A stretch of DNA of 63,816 nucleotides, filler included, from Candidatus Rokuibacteriota bacterium (lineage in GTDB: Bacteria; JAUVQV01; DATDCY01): NCBI GenBank assembly GCA_031406795.1. It is 7 parts of 7 records of this genome, joined end to end, with 100 filler letters (N's around TTAATTAATTAA, not from the genome) between each part and the next. Parts side by side here need not be neighbours in the genome. Positions count along the whole stretch, not along the records: positions 29,714 to 56,889 come from JANOHV010000093.1; 6 more parts are not named here. One strand, written 5' to 3'. Below, in pieces: positions 37,873-49,671 of the stretch. Made by a program: the position numbers and the translations under genes. How positions within the stretch are numbered: the stretch's first letter is position 1; every line of letters begins with the position of its first letter. Below the pieces are notes generated by a model, which saw nothing but the letters and a program-made list of their open reading frames with translations, was not told where the DNA came from and did not search any database.

Positions 37873-38871
37873 ATGTTCGTGGAGCAACAGGGGATGACTT
37901 CCGGCTCGTCGGTGGTTGAAGCCGGGGAGCAAGGGGGGAGAGCCGTCGCCCGGGTGCGCCTCTTCCTCGGGTTGTTCGCCGCGCTTTTTGGCGTTGCCCT
38001 GGCCCTCTCGCTGTTCTTCAGCATCAGGGGTGCGGCGCGGGAGTATGAGGATCTCGCCCATTTCACCGCCCGTTCGTTCTTCCAGCAGGTGGTGGCCACG
38101 AGGCGCTGGAACGCGCTGCACGGCGGCGTCTACGTGCCGATCACGGCGATCGCTCAACCCAACCCCTACCTCGAGGACCCCCAGCGGGACATCGTCACCA
38201 CCGACGGGCTGCGACTCACGAAGCTCAACCCCGCCTATATGACCCGCCTCATTTCCGAGGTGATGCGGCAGGAGCGCGGGACGCAGCTGCACATGACCAG
38301 TCTCAAGCCGCTTCGCCCGGAGAATGCCCCCGACGATTGGGAGCGCAAGGCGCTGGAGTCCTTCGAGCGCGGCGCAACGGAGAGCGCGGCGGTGATCGGG
38401 ACGGGCGAAACGGCGATCTACCGCTACATCGCTCCGCTGACCACGGAGGAGTCCTGCCTGAAATGCCACGCCGGGCAGGGATACCAGGTGAACGACATTC
38501 GCGGCGGGATCGGCGTGAGCTTCCCCTACCAGCCCTTCAACGAGGGACTCTCCCGGCGGCAACGCGGGATCTATTCCAGCCACGTGCTCCTCTTTGTCAT
38601 CGGCCTCGGGTACATCTACTTTCTCGGGCACCTGCTGTTGACGCGGGTCCGCGAGCTGCAGGCAGCGGCCAGCCGCATCCGCAGGCTGGAGGGGCTGCTG
38701 CCGATCTGCGCCGGCTGCAAGAAGATCCGCGTCGCGGGCGGCGATGCCAAGGAGCAAAGCGACTGGGAGCCGATCGAGTCATACATCCGGGACCGCACGG
38801 ATGCAACTTTCACCCACGGCATGTGCCCGGAGTGCGTGCAGGAATATTTCGGCAACCTGACCAAGCGTTGA
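37873..38871 (+). CDS. Membrane sensor with heme c DUF3365/Tll0287-like domain and C-terminal LPICxxCKKIR...HGxCPxC domain
   Basis: RRWNALHGGVYV, NPAYMTR, CLKCH, IRGGI between two TM helices. Confidence 0.85.
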   Translation: MFVEQQGMTSGSSVVEAGEQGGRAVARVRLFLGLFAALFGVALALSLFFSIRGAAREYEDLAHFTARSFFQQVVATRRWNALHGGVYVPITAIAQPNPYLEDPQRDIVTTDGLRLTKLNPAYMTRLISEVMRQERGTQLHMTSLKPLRPENAPDDWERKALESFERGATESAAVIGTGETAIYRYIAPLTTEESCLKCHAGQGYQVNDIRGGIGVSFPYQPFNEGLSRRQRGIYSSHVLLFVIGLGYIYFLGHLLLTRVRELQAAASRIRRLEGLLPICAGCKKIRVAGGDAKEQSDWEPIESYIRDRTDATFTHGMCPECVQEYFGNLTKR

Positions 38872-38887
38872 AGCCGGGGCGGGCCCG

Positions 38888-39430
38888 TCAGAACCAGAAC
38901 TCGGGGTAGCGGCGGTGCTTCGGGATGTTGTTCACGAGCAGGGCGACGACGAGGAGCAGCAGGGCGCCACCGCCCACCGGGAACAGCGCGTACGAGAAAC
39001 CGAGGCTGTGGATCTTCTCGCCGCCGATGACCGCGATCAGCGCGGTTGCGCCACCCGGCGGATGAAGCGTTCTTGTCGCATGCATGACCGCAATCGCCGT
39101 CGAAACGGCCAACGCGGCCGCAATCCAGAGAGTGGAAGGAAACAGCTGCTGGCAGGCCACGCCGACGAGCGCCGACAGAATGTGCCCTCCCAGGAGGTTT
39201 CTCGGCTGTGCCAGCGGGCTCTTGATCGCGCCATAGATCAGTACGGCCGAGGCGCCGAAAGACCCGACGATCATCAGCAGGTCGATCTTGTCGAAGAGCC
39301 GGTAATTGGCAAACGAAATGAAACCGATGCCGAGGAAGGCGCCAAGCCAGGACCAGCCGATCTCCGACAGGCTGACGCGGGGAGGGCTCTTGGTCGTACC
39401 CCGCATCTTGTTGAAATAGGCGTTCATCAC
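38888..39430 (-). CDS. HPP family membrane protein
   Basis: GSFGASAVL, SPLAQPRN, LHPPGGA. Confidence 0.92.
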   Translation of the reverse strand: MMNAYFNKMRGTTKSPPRVSLSEIGWSWLGAFLGIGFISFANYRLFDKIDLLMIVGSFGASAVLIYGAIKSPLAQPRNLLGGHILSALVGVACQQLFPSTLWIAAALAVSTAIAVMHATRTLHPPGGATALIAVIGGEKIHSLGFSYALFPVGGGALLLLVVALLVNNIPKHRRYPEFWF

Positions 39431-40038
39431 GCTATTCCCGCAGGGCCGGCTGCGCGGAGGAGGTCGGCGCGCGAGACCAGACCGACGAGCTTGCCCGCGT
39501 GGTCGAGCACCGGCACCCGGTTGATGCTCTCCGTGGAGAGAAGCTCCCTGATCTCGAGGGACGAGGTGTCTTCACGCACGGTGATCACGGGCGCGGCCAT
39601 GATGTCCGAGGCCACGCCGCCGACGATCGGTGCCGCCACGCATTCCTTGCCTCCCAGGCAAGCTGCGATGACGCCCATGACCCGCGTCGTGTCTCCCGCG
39701 CCCATGCGGCTGAGGAAGTCCTTTTCGGAGATCATCCCGGCCACCCGGCCCGCCTCGTCGAGGACCGGCACCCCGGAGATGCTCCGGCGGGCCATGAGCT
39801 CGGCGACTTCCTTCAGCGGGGTGTCAATCCTGACATGGTGGACGCTCCGGGTCATGATCTGCGCCGCGCTGACCGGGCGCCCGACGCGTGCGAGGGCGTG
39901 ACGGAAGGCGTGGCGGTAGATATCCTTCAGGTCGGCGGGGGTGACGTCCAGGTAGCCCGGGATATCCTTCATCGCCTCGTAGATGTCGCTGTCGGAGAGG
40001 TCGGGACACTGCCCGCCCGGCGGATCGTTTGTCGGCAT
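39427..40038 (-). CDS. CBS domain pair protein
   Basis: PGYLDVTP, ISGVPVLD, INRVPVLD...GLVSRADLL. Confidence 0.9.
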   Translation of the reverse strand: MPTNDPPGGQCPDLSDSDIYEAMKDIPGYLDVTPADLKDIYRHAFRHALARVGRPVSAAQIMTRSVHHVRIDTPLKEVAELMARRSISGVPVLDEAGRVAGMISEKDFLSRMGAGDTTRVMGVIAACLGGKECVAAPIVGGVASDIMAAPVITVREDTSSLEIRELLSTESINRVPVLDHAGKLVGLVSRADLLRAAGPAGIA

Positions 40039-40311
40039 GGCTGTCCTTTCGACGTGCGCTGCTGCTGGTTCGGGAGACGGCAACGATTCTCCGGACATCC
40101 GATAGTTTGTCAAGGACGGGCGAGGCGGCGGGCGCTGCGTATTGACGAAGCGGGGTCATTCGGCCTATGCTTCATGAACACTTCTTCACAAGATTCGGTT
40201 CGCAGGGTCATGGTCACGTTGCTCCTCCGGGCAGGAGGGGTTGAACAGCGCGGCCATTGATTGCATCAGGTGGGAAAGCGGGGCCTAGCCTTCTCATCAA
40301 CCTCGCGGTTC

Positions 40312-40325
40312 TTGATGCAGGTCAA
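40312..40325 (+). promoter_or_regulatory. FNR/DNR/NnrR-type box TTGAT-GCAG-GTCAA
   Basis: One mismatch to TTGAT-N4-ATCAA, about 75 bp upstream of norC. Confidence 0.7.
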
Positions 40326-40400
40326 AGACGGGAGGCGGGAAAACGCGGATGCTGTCCGGCATAAACCCGGCACGAACGCCGGAGAGAAAGGGGATGTGAG

Positions 40401-41096
40401 ATGACATCGGGGAGTGCGAAGACCATCTTCTGGGTGGGGACGCTCTCGTCGGCGCTGATCTTCATTGCGCTGACGGTGGATTTCCACCGGCGTGAACCGG
40501 AGTTCGCGCACAACGAACGCATCACGGACCAGGTGGTGAACGGAAAGAAGGTGTGGCACAAGTACAACTGCAACGACTGCCACACGATCCTCGGCTTCGG
40601 GGCGTACTACGCGCCGGACATGACAAAGGCCTACTACCGGCTGGGCGAGGGGAACATCATCCACGTCGTGATGAACCCCGAGAAAGTCTACAAGAACTCC
40701 TTCCGCAAGATGCCGAAGCTCGGGGTGACGCCGGAGGAGGCCAAGGACCTCGTGGCCTTCCTGAAGTGGACGGCCGAGATCGAGAACCGCAAGTGGCCGC
40801 CGCAGGATGAGAAGTACGTGAAGGCGGCACGCGCCAAGGAGGCCCAGGCGAAGGAGGTGCCGCGAACCGATCTCGTGCTCGGTTCCTGCGGCGGGTGCCA
40901 CAGCTTCGCGAACCAGGGGCGGGACGTCGCCGGCGACCTCGCGGACCTGGCCCGCTCGAGCACCTTCGACCGCGAGACGATGATCCGCTTCATGCTCGAC
41001 CCGGCGGCGGTGAGCCCCGGCAGCGGCATGCCCCCCCAACAACTCTCCCGGGAGAAGGCCGAGCTGATCGCGGACTTCGTCCTCGGTCTCCGGTAA
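40401..41096 (+). CDS. norC: Nitric oxide reductase cytochrome c subunit with an extra C-terminal heme c domain
   Basis: TM anchor, CNDCHTILGFGAYYAPDMT, second CGGCH...SGMP. Confidence 0.9.
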   Translation: MTSGSAKTIFWVGTLSSALIFIALTVDFHRREPEFAHNERITDQVVNGKKVWHKYNCNDCHTILGFGAYYAPDMTKAYYRLGEGNIIHVVMNPEKVYKNSFRKMPKLGVTPEEAKDLVAFLKWTAEIENRKWPPQDEKYVKAARAKEAQAKEVPRTDLVLGSCGGCHSFANQGRDVAGDLADLARSSTFDRETMIRFMLDPAAVSPGSGMPPQQLSREKAELIADFVLGLR

Positions 41097-41108
41097 GGGA
41101 GGCGCGCC

Positions 41109-42440
41109 ATGATCAAGTATGAAAGTCAGAAGGTCGCCCTGTACTACATCAAACTCTCGCTGCTGCTCCTGCCCCTGCAGGTGCTGATGGGGCTCTGGCT
41201 CGCCGTCAACTACGGGTTCACGCTCCCCCAGGCCCTGATCGACGTCTTCTCCTTCGCCACCGCGCGCGCGCTGCACACGAACCTGCTCGTGGCCTGGCTG
41301 CTCCTCGGGTTCATGGGCGGGACCTATTTCATTCTCCCCGAGGAGTGCGAGACCGAACTCTTCAGCGTCAAACTCGCCTGGTTGCAGCTGGTGCTCTTCG
41401 CCGGCGCGGCCGTGACCGCCGTCGTCGGCTTCCTGTTCGGCTGGACGCAGGGCAAGCCGCTGCTCGAGATCCCGGTCCCGCTGGATCTGGTGATCGTCGT
41501 CTCGGCGCTGATCTTCATCGCGAACGTCGTGCTGACCATCGTCAAGGCCAAGCAGCGCTCGCTGATCCAGTACATGCTCGCCGCGGGCGTCATCTTCCTC
41601 GCGCTGCTCTACCTGATCGGCATCCCCTTCTTCAAGAACCTGAACACCGACTACTACTACTGGTGGTGGGTGATCCACCTCTGGGTCGAGGGCGCCTGGG
41701 AGCTGATCACGGCGTCGATCGTCGCGTTCATCATCCTCAAGGCGACCGGCGTCGAGCGCAAGGTCGTCGAGAAGTGGCTCTATGTCGAGACCGGGCTCTT
41801 CCTGTTCACCGGGCTCGTCGGCACCGGGCACCACTACTACTGGATCGGCGCGCCGGACTACTGGCTCTGGTGGGGCGGGTTCTTCAGCGCCCTGGAGCCG
41901 CTGCCGATCGCGCTGATGGTCGCCGACACCTGGCTGCATGTGCGCGAGCGCAAGGACAAGACCGTGAACCCGCTGCTGTGGACCTACATCGTCGGCATGG
42001 CGATCTACCACTTCTTCGGCGCGGGCGTCTGGGGCTTCTTCCACACGCTGCCGCCGATCAACTACTACACCCACGGCAGCCAGATCACCGTGTCGCACGG
42101 GCACATGGCCTTCTTCGGCGCCTACGCGCTCGTGAACCTGACGATCTACTACTACGCCCTGCCGCAATTCAAGGGGATCAAGCGCTACAAGGAGACGCTG
42201 GGGCAGTGGGGCTTCTGGAACATGTGCCTCTCGATGTTCTTCCTCTGCCTGATCTTCCTGATCGCGGGCGTGCTCCAGACCTACCTCGAGCGCTTTCTCG
42301 ACATCGGCTACATGACCGCGCACAGCGTGATGATGTTCTGGTTCAAGATCGCGCTCGGTCTCGGCGTGTGGTTCTTCGCCGGGGTGCTGATGACGGTCTG
42401 GCACCTCTTCACGCTGAAGCCGGAGTTGGAGAAGGCTTAG
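41109..42440 (+). CDS. norB: Nitric oxide reductase large subunit (cNOR)
   Basis: RALHTNL, WWVIHLWVEGAWEL, GTGHHYYWIG, SALEPLP, HGHMAFFGAY. Confidence 0.95.
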   Translation: MIKYESQKVALYYIKLSLLLLPLQVLMGLWLAVNYGFTLPQALIDVFSFATARALHTNLLVAWLLLGFMGGTYFILPEECETELFSVKLAWLQLVLFAGAAVTAVVGFLFGWTQGKPLLEIPVPLDLVIVVSALIFIANVVLTIVKAKQRSLIQYMLAAGVIFLALLYLIGIPFFKNLNTDYYYWWWVIHLWVEGAWELITASIVAFIILKATGVERKVVEKWLYVETGLFLFTGLVGTGHHYYWIGAPDYWLWWGGFFSALEPLPIALMVADTWLHVRERKDKTVNPLLWTYIVGMAIYHFFGAGVWGFFHTLPPINYYTHGSQITVSHGHMAFFGAYALVNLTIYYYALPQFKGIKRYKETLGQWGFWNMCLSMFFLCLIFLIAGVLQTYLERFLDIGYMTAHSVMMFWFKIALGLGVWFFAGVLMTVWHLFTLKPELEKA

Positions 42441-42544
42441 GCGACTGCTGCGATCAAGACCCTCCTCCGGCATGGTGCCGGGGGAGGACTTTGCCGCTGC
42501 CCGCGCAGCCAGCCAGTCAGGCTGGAAGAAGGAGGAAACTGGTC

Positions 42545-43162
42545 ATGGAAACGGTGAAAATCTCTCTCGGTGCCGTGGGGCTGCTGGTCACCTTTCTGCT
42601 CGCGCTGCCGCCGCTCGCCTGGGGCCACTGCGACACGCTGGAGGGTCCCGTGGTTGTCGACGCCAAGGCCGCCCTTGCCAAGGGCGACCTCACCCCCGTT
42701 CTGAAGTGGATCCCGGCGAAGGAGGAGGCGGAGATCCGCGACGCGTTCGCCAAAACCCTCGTCGTGCGTGGCAAGGGGAAGGAGGCGCAGGAACTGGCGG
42801 ACAATTACTTCTTCGAGACGCTGGTGCGGGTTCACCGGGCGAGCGAAGGCGCACCATACACCGGGCTGAAGTCGGGAGGCGTCGAGGAAGAGACGATCAT
42901 TGCTGCCGACCAGGCACTCGCCGCCGGGAAGGGCGACGGTTTGGTGAGGTTGGTGGGCGAAGCAGTCGAGAAGGGCATCCGCCACCGCTTCGAGGAGGCC
43001 GTGACGCGCAAGAAGCACGCCGATCACGACGTGGAGCACGGCCGGGCGTACGTCGCCTCCTACGTCGAGTTCATCCACTACGCGGAGAGGATCTACCAGG
43101 ACGCCGTCCACCCGCCGTCGCACCACGCGGAGGGAGCAGCGCCCGCGGTGCATGCACACTAG
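42545..43162 (+). CDS. Exported protein (DUF6448-like) with N-terminal HCD motif and His-rich tail
   Basis: Signal peptide then HCDTLEGPVV, FFETLVRVHRASEGAPYTGLK. Confidence 0.75.
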   Translation: METVKISLGAVGLLVTFLLALPPLAWGHCDTLEGPVVVDAKAALAKGDLTPVLKWIPAKEEAEIRDAFAKTLVVRGKGKEAQELADNYFFETLVRVHRASEGAPYTGLKSGGVEEETIIAADQALAAGKGDGLVRLVGEAVEKGIRHRFEEAVTRKKHADHDVEHGRAYVASYVEFIHYAERIYQDAVHPPSHHAEGAAPAVHAH

Positions 43163-43252
43163 AAAGACGAAAGGCGTAGACTCTCCGGCGCGCCCGCAAC
43201 CCTCCCCCGGCGTGGTGCCGGAGGAGGCGCCGGCCGCGCAGGGGGAGGGACG

Positions 43253-43726
43253 ATGAACGACAAGACCGTCAAAGAGACGAGCGTCACCATGGCACAGGTC
43301 ATGCTGCCGCAGGACGCCAACCCGGCCGGGAACGTGCACGGCGGGGTGATCATGAAACTGATCGACACTGCGGCCGCGGTCGTCGCGGGCCGGCACGCTC
43401 GCGCGAACACCGTCACGGCGTCCATCGACCGTCTGGACTTCCACTGCCCGGTCTTCGTCGGGGATCTGCTGTTCCTGAAGGCCAGCATGAACCAGGTCGG
43501 CAAGTCGTCGATGGAGCTGGGTGTCCGGGTGGAGGCCGAGAATCTCGTCACCGGCGTGGTCAGGCACACCGCCTCGGCGTACCTGACCTTCGTCGCGCTC
43601 GACGAAAACGGCAAGCCCAGGCCGGTGCCCGCGTTGGTCGTCGAAACCGCCGACGAGCGGCGCCGAAACGAGGACGCGCTGCTGCGAAGAAAAATGCGGC
43701 TCGATCTGCGAAACGCGCGCACCTGA
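43253..43726 (+). CDS. Acyl-CoA thioesterase (hotdog fold)
   Basis: DANPAGNVHGGVIMKLID, TFVALDENGKPRPVP. Confidence 0.92.
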   Translation: MNDKTVKETSVTMAQVMLPQDANPAGNVHGGVIMKLIDTAAAVVAGRHARANTVTASIDRLDFHCPVFVGDLLFLKASMNQVGKSSMELGVRVEAENLVTGVVRHTASAYLTFVALDENGKPRPVPALVVETADERRRNEDALLRRKMRLDLRNART

Positions 43727-43776
43727 AGCTGGCCCACCGCGGCGGGGCGGTTCCCCGCAACGAAAAGGGGGGGAGC

Positions 43777-44160
43777 ATGGACAAGAAGCTGCTGAAACAC
43801 GGAATGTTCAGTTGGTTCGAATTGCTGACCTCGGACGTCAAGGGTGCGAAGAAGTTCTACAAGTCGCTCTTCGGCTGGAAGATTGCCGACGTGAAGATGC
43901 CGGGCATGAAATACACCGCCATCTCGGTGGGTGAGGAGCAGGTCGCCGGCATGATGTCGCTGCCCCCCAACGCGAAGAAAATGCCGCCGATCTGGGGCGC
44001 GTACGTCACGGTGGACGACGTGGACGCCACCGCGGAGAAGGCCGTGAAACTTGGCGGAAAGATTCTCGTGCCGCCCCAGGATATTCCGGGCGTGGGGCGC
44101 TTCTGCGTGTTCCAGGATCCTCAAGGGGCGATGCTCTCGGTCATCACCTACACGGGCTGA
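43777..44160 (+). CDS. VOC/glyoxalase family protein
   Basis: WFELLTSD, FYKSLFGW, DIPGVGRF, DPQGA. Confidence 0.9.
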   Translation: MDKKLLKHGMFSWFELLTSDVKGAKKFYKSLFGWKIADVKMPGMKYTAISVGEEQVAGMMSLPPNAKKMPPIWGAYVTVDDVDATAEKAVKLGGKILVPPQDIPGVGRFCVFQDPQGAMLSVITYTG

Positions 44161-44242
44161 GCGGCGGCGGCCGCGCCGAGAGAGCCGCGGGGCCGCGAAC
44201 GGAGCCACCCGCTCAGCGGCGTCGGGGCCATCCACCCGCGTT

Positions 44243-46175
<1,933 letters not shown>

Positions 46176-46312
46176 GGTGCTCGTCTCCCTCTGTGAAGAA
46201 TCATGTTCGTTGTCAGGTGCGGAAGACCTGTTCACCGTGGCGGAGCGACCCGCCCTCGCTCGTCCTGTTTCTTCAAACATCCCTCCTTCCGTTTGTTCAT
46301 TGGCTGGGCCGC

Positions 46313-46328
46313 AGCATTTTTAGTGCCA
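46313..46328 (-). promoter_or_regulatory. Sigma54 -24/-12 promoter of amtB-glnK (TGGCACTAAAAATGCT)
   Basis: GG-N10-GC spacing, with an AT-rich region upstream (46350-46460). Confidence 0.75.
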
Positions 46329-46533
46329 TGACTGTATGTAACTGATAATGCACTGTTTATTTCTATCTTAAAGCAGTGAGAGTAATTAAATGGTACTAAT
46401 AGGTCTGTATGTAAATATATTGATACTTAATGGTACTTAATATATTTGATGAGTTACGCAAATAGCATTTTTCAGCAACTGCCGCATTCGACGCTGTATC
46501 CCGGCAACCTGACGTACTTCTCGCCCAAACAAA

Positions 46534-47244
46534 TCACCCGAGCGCCCGCCGTGGCTCCCGAGCCCCGGGCTTGACCTCCAGTGTCTCCCCCGGAGGGCCT
46601 TGACGGATGACGCACCCGCCGTCATAACAGATAACGGTGTCGGCAAGCCTCATCGCCTCCCCGGCGTCATGGGTGACCAAGATCGTGGGGAGCCGCATCT
46701 CACGTTGAACCTCCCGGAGCAACTCGCCCATGTCGTAACGCAGGCGTGCATCGAGTGCCGAGAAAGGCTCGTCGAGAAGCAAGACCGCTGGTCGGCGCAG
46801 CAGCGCGCGGGCGAAGGCCACGCGCTGCCGCTGGCCACCGGAAATCTCGTCCGGACGGTGCTGCTGGAGACCGGCGAGGCCGAAGCGCTGGACGAGGTCC
46901 CGTGCCCGTGCGCCGCGCTCCTCACGCTCGAGGCCATGGCCCCCGTAGAGCACGTTCTCAAGGACCGTCATGTGCGGGAAGAGCGCAAGGTCCTGGAAGA
47001 CGTAGCCGATGGACCGCCGCTGCGGCGGCAGACACACCGCGCGAACTGTGTCGAACAGGATGGCATCTCCCGCTGCGACGCGGCCGGATTCCGGTCGTGC
47101 GAGCCCCGCAATCATCCGCAGCGTCAGGGACTTGCCGGCGCCCGAGGGCCCGAAAAGAACAGCCAAATCCGCGCCGATCTCCCAGGAGACGTCGAGTTCG
47201 AAGCCGGGCAGCCGCTTCCGCAGCGCCACGGCGAGCCCGTTCAC
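46534..47244 (-). CDS. modC: Molybdate ABC transporter ATP-binding subunit
   Basis: GPSGAGKS, ISGGQRQR, LLDEPFSALD. Confidence 0.88.
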   Translation of the reverse strand: MNGLAVALRKRLPGFELDVSWEIGADLAVLFGPSGAGKSLTLRMIAGLARPESGRVAAGDAILFDTVRAVCLPPQRRSIGYVFQDLALFPHMTVLENVLYGGHGLEREERGARARDLVQRFGLAGLQQHRPDEISGGQRQRVAFARALLRRPAVLLLDEPFSALDARLRYDMGELLREVQREMRLPTILVTHDAGEAMRLADTVICYDGGCVIRQGPPGETLEVKPGAREPRRALG

Positions 47245-47909
47245 GGCGTGCTCCGGGTCAGCCGGTTCGCGCCGAATAGCGCCAGCGCGGAGATGCCGGT
47301 GAAGAGCAGGACGAGGAGGTGTGCGCGTCCCCACTCGCCGCTGGCGACCGCCCCGTAAATCTCCAGCGGCATAGTGCTCGTCCGGCCCGGGATGTTCCCG
47401 GCGAGCATCAGCGTCGCGCCGAACTCCCCCATCGCCCGGGCGAAGGAGAGGACCGCGCCCGCGGCGATCCCGCGGCGTGCAAGGGGGAGCGTGACCCGCA
47501 ACACCGTCCAAGGCTCGGAATGACCGAGCGTGTACGACGCATCGACGAGCGTGCGATCCACGGCCTCGATCGCGGCGCGGCTCGTCTTGATCATGAAGGG
47601 GAGGGCGACCACGAAGGACGCCACAACCGCCGCCTGCCAGGTGAACATTACGCTCCAGCCGGTCCACCGGTACAAAGGCGCGCCAAGCAGACCATGCCGG
47701 CCGAGCAGCAGAATCAGGTAGTAGCCGACGACCGTCGGCGGCAAAACGAGAGGCAGGGTGACGAGCGCGTCAATCAACTCGCGCCCGAAAAAAGCGCGCC
47801 GCGCGAGCAGATAACCGGCGGGGATGCCGACGAGCGCGACCAGCGTCGTGGCGATGGCGGCGACCCGAACGGAAAGGGCGAGGGCTTCCAAGGCAGCCGT
47901 ATCGAACAT
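47241..47909 (-). CDS. modB: Molybdate ABC transporter permease
   Basis: LPLVLPPTVVGY, FARAMGEFGAT, AGNIPG. Confidence 0.93.
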   Translation of the reverse strand: MFDTAALEALALSVRVAAIATTLVALVGIPAGYLLARRAFFGRELIDALVTLPLVLPPTVVGYYLILLLGRHGLLGAPLYRWTGWSVMFTWQAAVVASFVVALPFMIKTSRAAIEAVDRTLVDASYTLGHSEPWTVLRVTLPLARRGIAAGAVLSFARAMGEFGATLMLAGNIPGRTSTMPLEIYGAVASGEWGRAHLLVLLFTGISALALFGANRLTRSTP

Positions 47910-47954
47910 ATTCCCCTCCCTCCCGGATTGCCGCCTGCCGGCTTGGTCGCAACG

Positions 47955-48743
47955 TCAGCGCGCGGCCGAAACCGGCGTGAACCCGTACCGGGCAAGAATG
48001 GCCTGGCCAGCTTCGGAGCGAACCGTTGCCACGAAGGCTTTCGCGGCTTCCCGCTGCGTTGAAGCTTTGAGGATGGCGATCGGGTAGATCACCGGGCGGT
48101 GGCTGCCGGGGGGCGCAACGGCGGCGATTTTTACCTCGCGGGGCCGCAATGCGGCGTCGGTTGCGTAGACCACGGCTGCGTCGACTTCGCCGCGCGCCGC
48201 ATAGTCCATCGCCTGCCGGACGTTCTCCGCAAGGATGAGTTTTGGCCGGATGGCCTCGGTAATCCCGACGCTCGAGAAGACTTCCTCGGCGTACCGCCCG
48301 GCCGGGCCGGTCTTCGGGTTGACGATCGCGATCCGGGAGATCCCCGGTGTCGCGAGGTCCGCAAAGGACAAGACCCTGGAGCCGGATGCGGAAGGAACAA
48401 CCAGCACTATTTCGTTGGCGGCGATGTCGGCGCGGGTCTCCGGCAAGAGTGCGCCTTGCGCCTCAAGGCCGTCCATGTCCTTTGCGGCCGCGGCGGCAAA
48501 AACATCCACCGGCGCCCCGCCCCGGATCTGCGCCACCAACTCCCCCGAAGCGCCGAAGTTAAAGGATGGCCGCGGCGCGGTGGCCCCGGCGGTGATGAGC
48601 ACCCCGATTTCCTCGAAGGCGCTCTTGAGGCTCGTCGCTGCCGAGACCACGATGGCATCGGCGGCCGCCGCCGGGACCGGCAGCAGGGCGAGGGGCGCGA
48701 TAAGCGTAGCAACCGCGCACAGGATGGCGAGTGTCTCTCTCAT
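47955..48743 (-). CDS. modA: Molybdate ABC transporter substrate-binding protein
   Basis: SAATSL, FGASG, PAGRYA, ENVRQA, VYATDA. Confidence 0.93.
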   Translation of the reverse strand: MRETLAILCAVATLIAPLALLPVPAAAADAIVVSAATSLKSAFEEIGVLITAGATAPRPSFNFGASGELVAQIRGGAPVDVFAAAAAKDMDGLEAQGALLPETRADIAANEIVLVVPSASGSRVLSFADLATPGISRIAIVNPKTGPAGRYAEEVFSSVGITEAIRPKLILAENVRQAMDYAARGEVDAAVVYATDAALRPREVKIAAVAPPGSHRPVIYPIAILKASTQREAAKAFVATVRSEAGQAILARYGFTPVSAAR

Positions 48744-48758
48744 GGTGTCATCTCCCGC

Positions 48759-49640
48759 TCAAACATTGTCGCAATATTCTTCGCCGACCTGTGCGAGAAC
48801 CGCTTCGGTCTCCATGTCGCGGTCTTCGCCGAGCAGGCCGCAGGCATCTGAACGGCACTGTCGGCAGTGGTTGATGAGCGGCAGGTGCGGTCCGCAGCGC
48901 GTGCGCATGGCGTGGATCTGCGCTGGCGTCGGCGGCGCCACGCTGGCGAACTCCCCCTGCGCGATCAGCGGCGTGATGTTCATGACATTGACGCCGCAGG
49001 CCGCGGCGCGCGCGGCGATCAGCGGGATCTCGGTCTCGTTGACGCCGGGAACGAAGACACTGTTGACCTTGACGACGATGCCGGCCTCGTCCGCCCGTCG
49101 CAGTCCTTCCCACTGGCGTTCGACCATCAGGCGCCCCGCGTCGTGGCCGAAGAAGGTGGTTCCGCCGTAGCGGGCCCAGCGGTAGATCTTCGCGGCGGTC
49201 TGCGGCAGAAGCGCGTTCACCGTGACGGTCAGCGTCAGCCGGTGCAGCCGCTTCAGTTCGTCGATGACCTCGGGGAGCATCAAGCCGTTCGTCGAGAGGC
49301 AGAGCGTGACCTCCGGGAACTCGGCGTCGACCATCCCGAGCACCTGGAGCGTCTCGGGGTTGGCCAGCGGGTCGCCGGGTCCGGCGACGCCGATCACGCC
49401 GAGACGGCCGTCGCGCTCGACGACCGCGCGGACCCGCTCCATTGCCTCCGCGGCGCCGAGCACCACCGAGGCCACGCCAGGTCGCGACTCGTTGACGCAG
49501 TCGAACTTGCGGACGCAGTAGCGGCACTGGATGTTGCACTTGGGCGCCACCGGCAGGTGAATGCGTCCGTACTTGCGGTGCGCGCCGACATTAAAGCAGG
49601 GGTGTCGCTCGATGACGCTCAGATCCTTGTGCACCGCCAT
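48759..49640 (-). CDS. nifB: FeMo-cofactor biosynthesis radical SAM protein NifB (short form, no NifX domain)
   Basis: HPCF, LPVAPKCNIQCRYC, NESRPGV, AGPGDPLAN, CRQCRSDA. Confidence 0.93.
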   Translation of the reverse strand: MAVHKDLSVIERHPCFNVGAHRKYGRIHLPVAPKCNIQCRYCVRKFDCVNESRPGVASVVLGAAEAMERVRAVVERDGRLGVIGVAGPGDPLANPETLQVLGMVDAEFPEVTLCLSTNGLMLPEVIDELKRLHRLTLTVTVNALLPQTAAKIYRWARYGGTTFFGHDAGRLMVERQWEGLRRADEAGIVVKVNSVFVPGVNETEIPLIAARAAACGVNVMNITPLIAQGEFASVAPPTPAQIHAMRTRCGPHLPLINHCRQCRSDACGLLGEDRDMETEAVLAQVGEEYCDNV

Positions 49641-49671
49641 GACCCTTCTCCTTCGTCCCGGGCGCGTCGAA

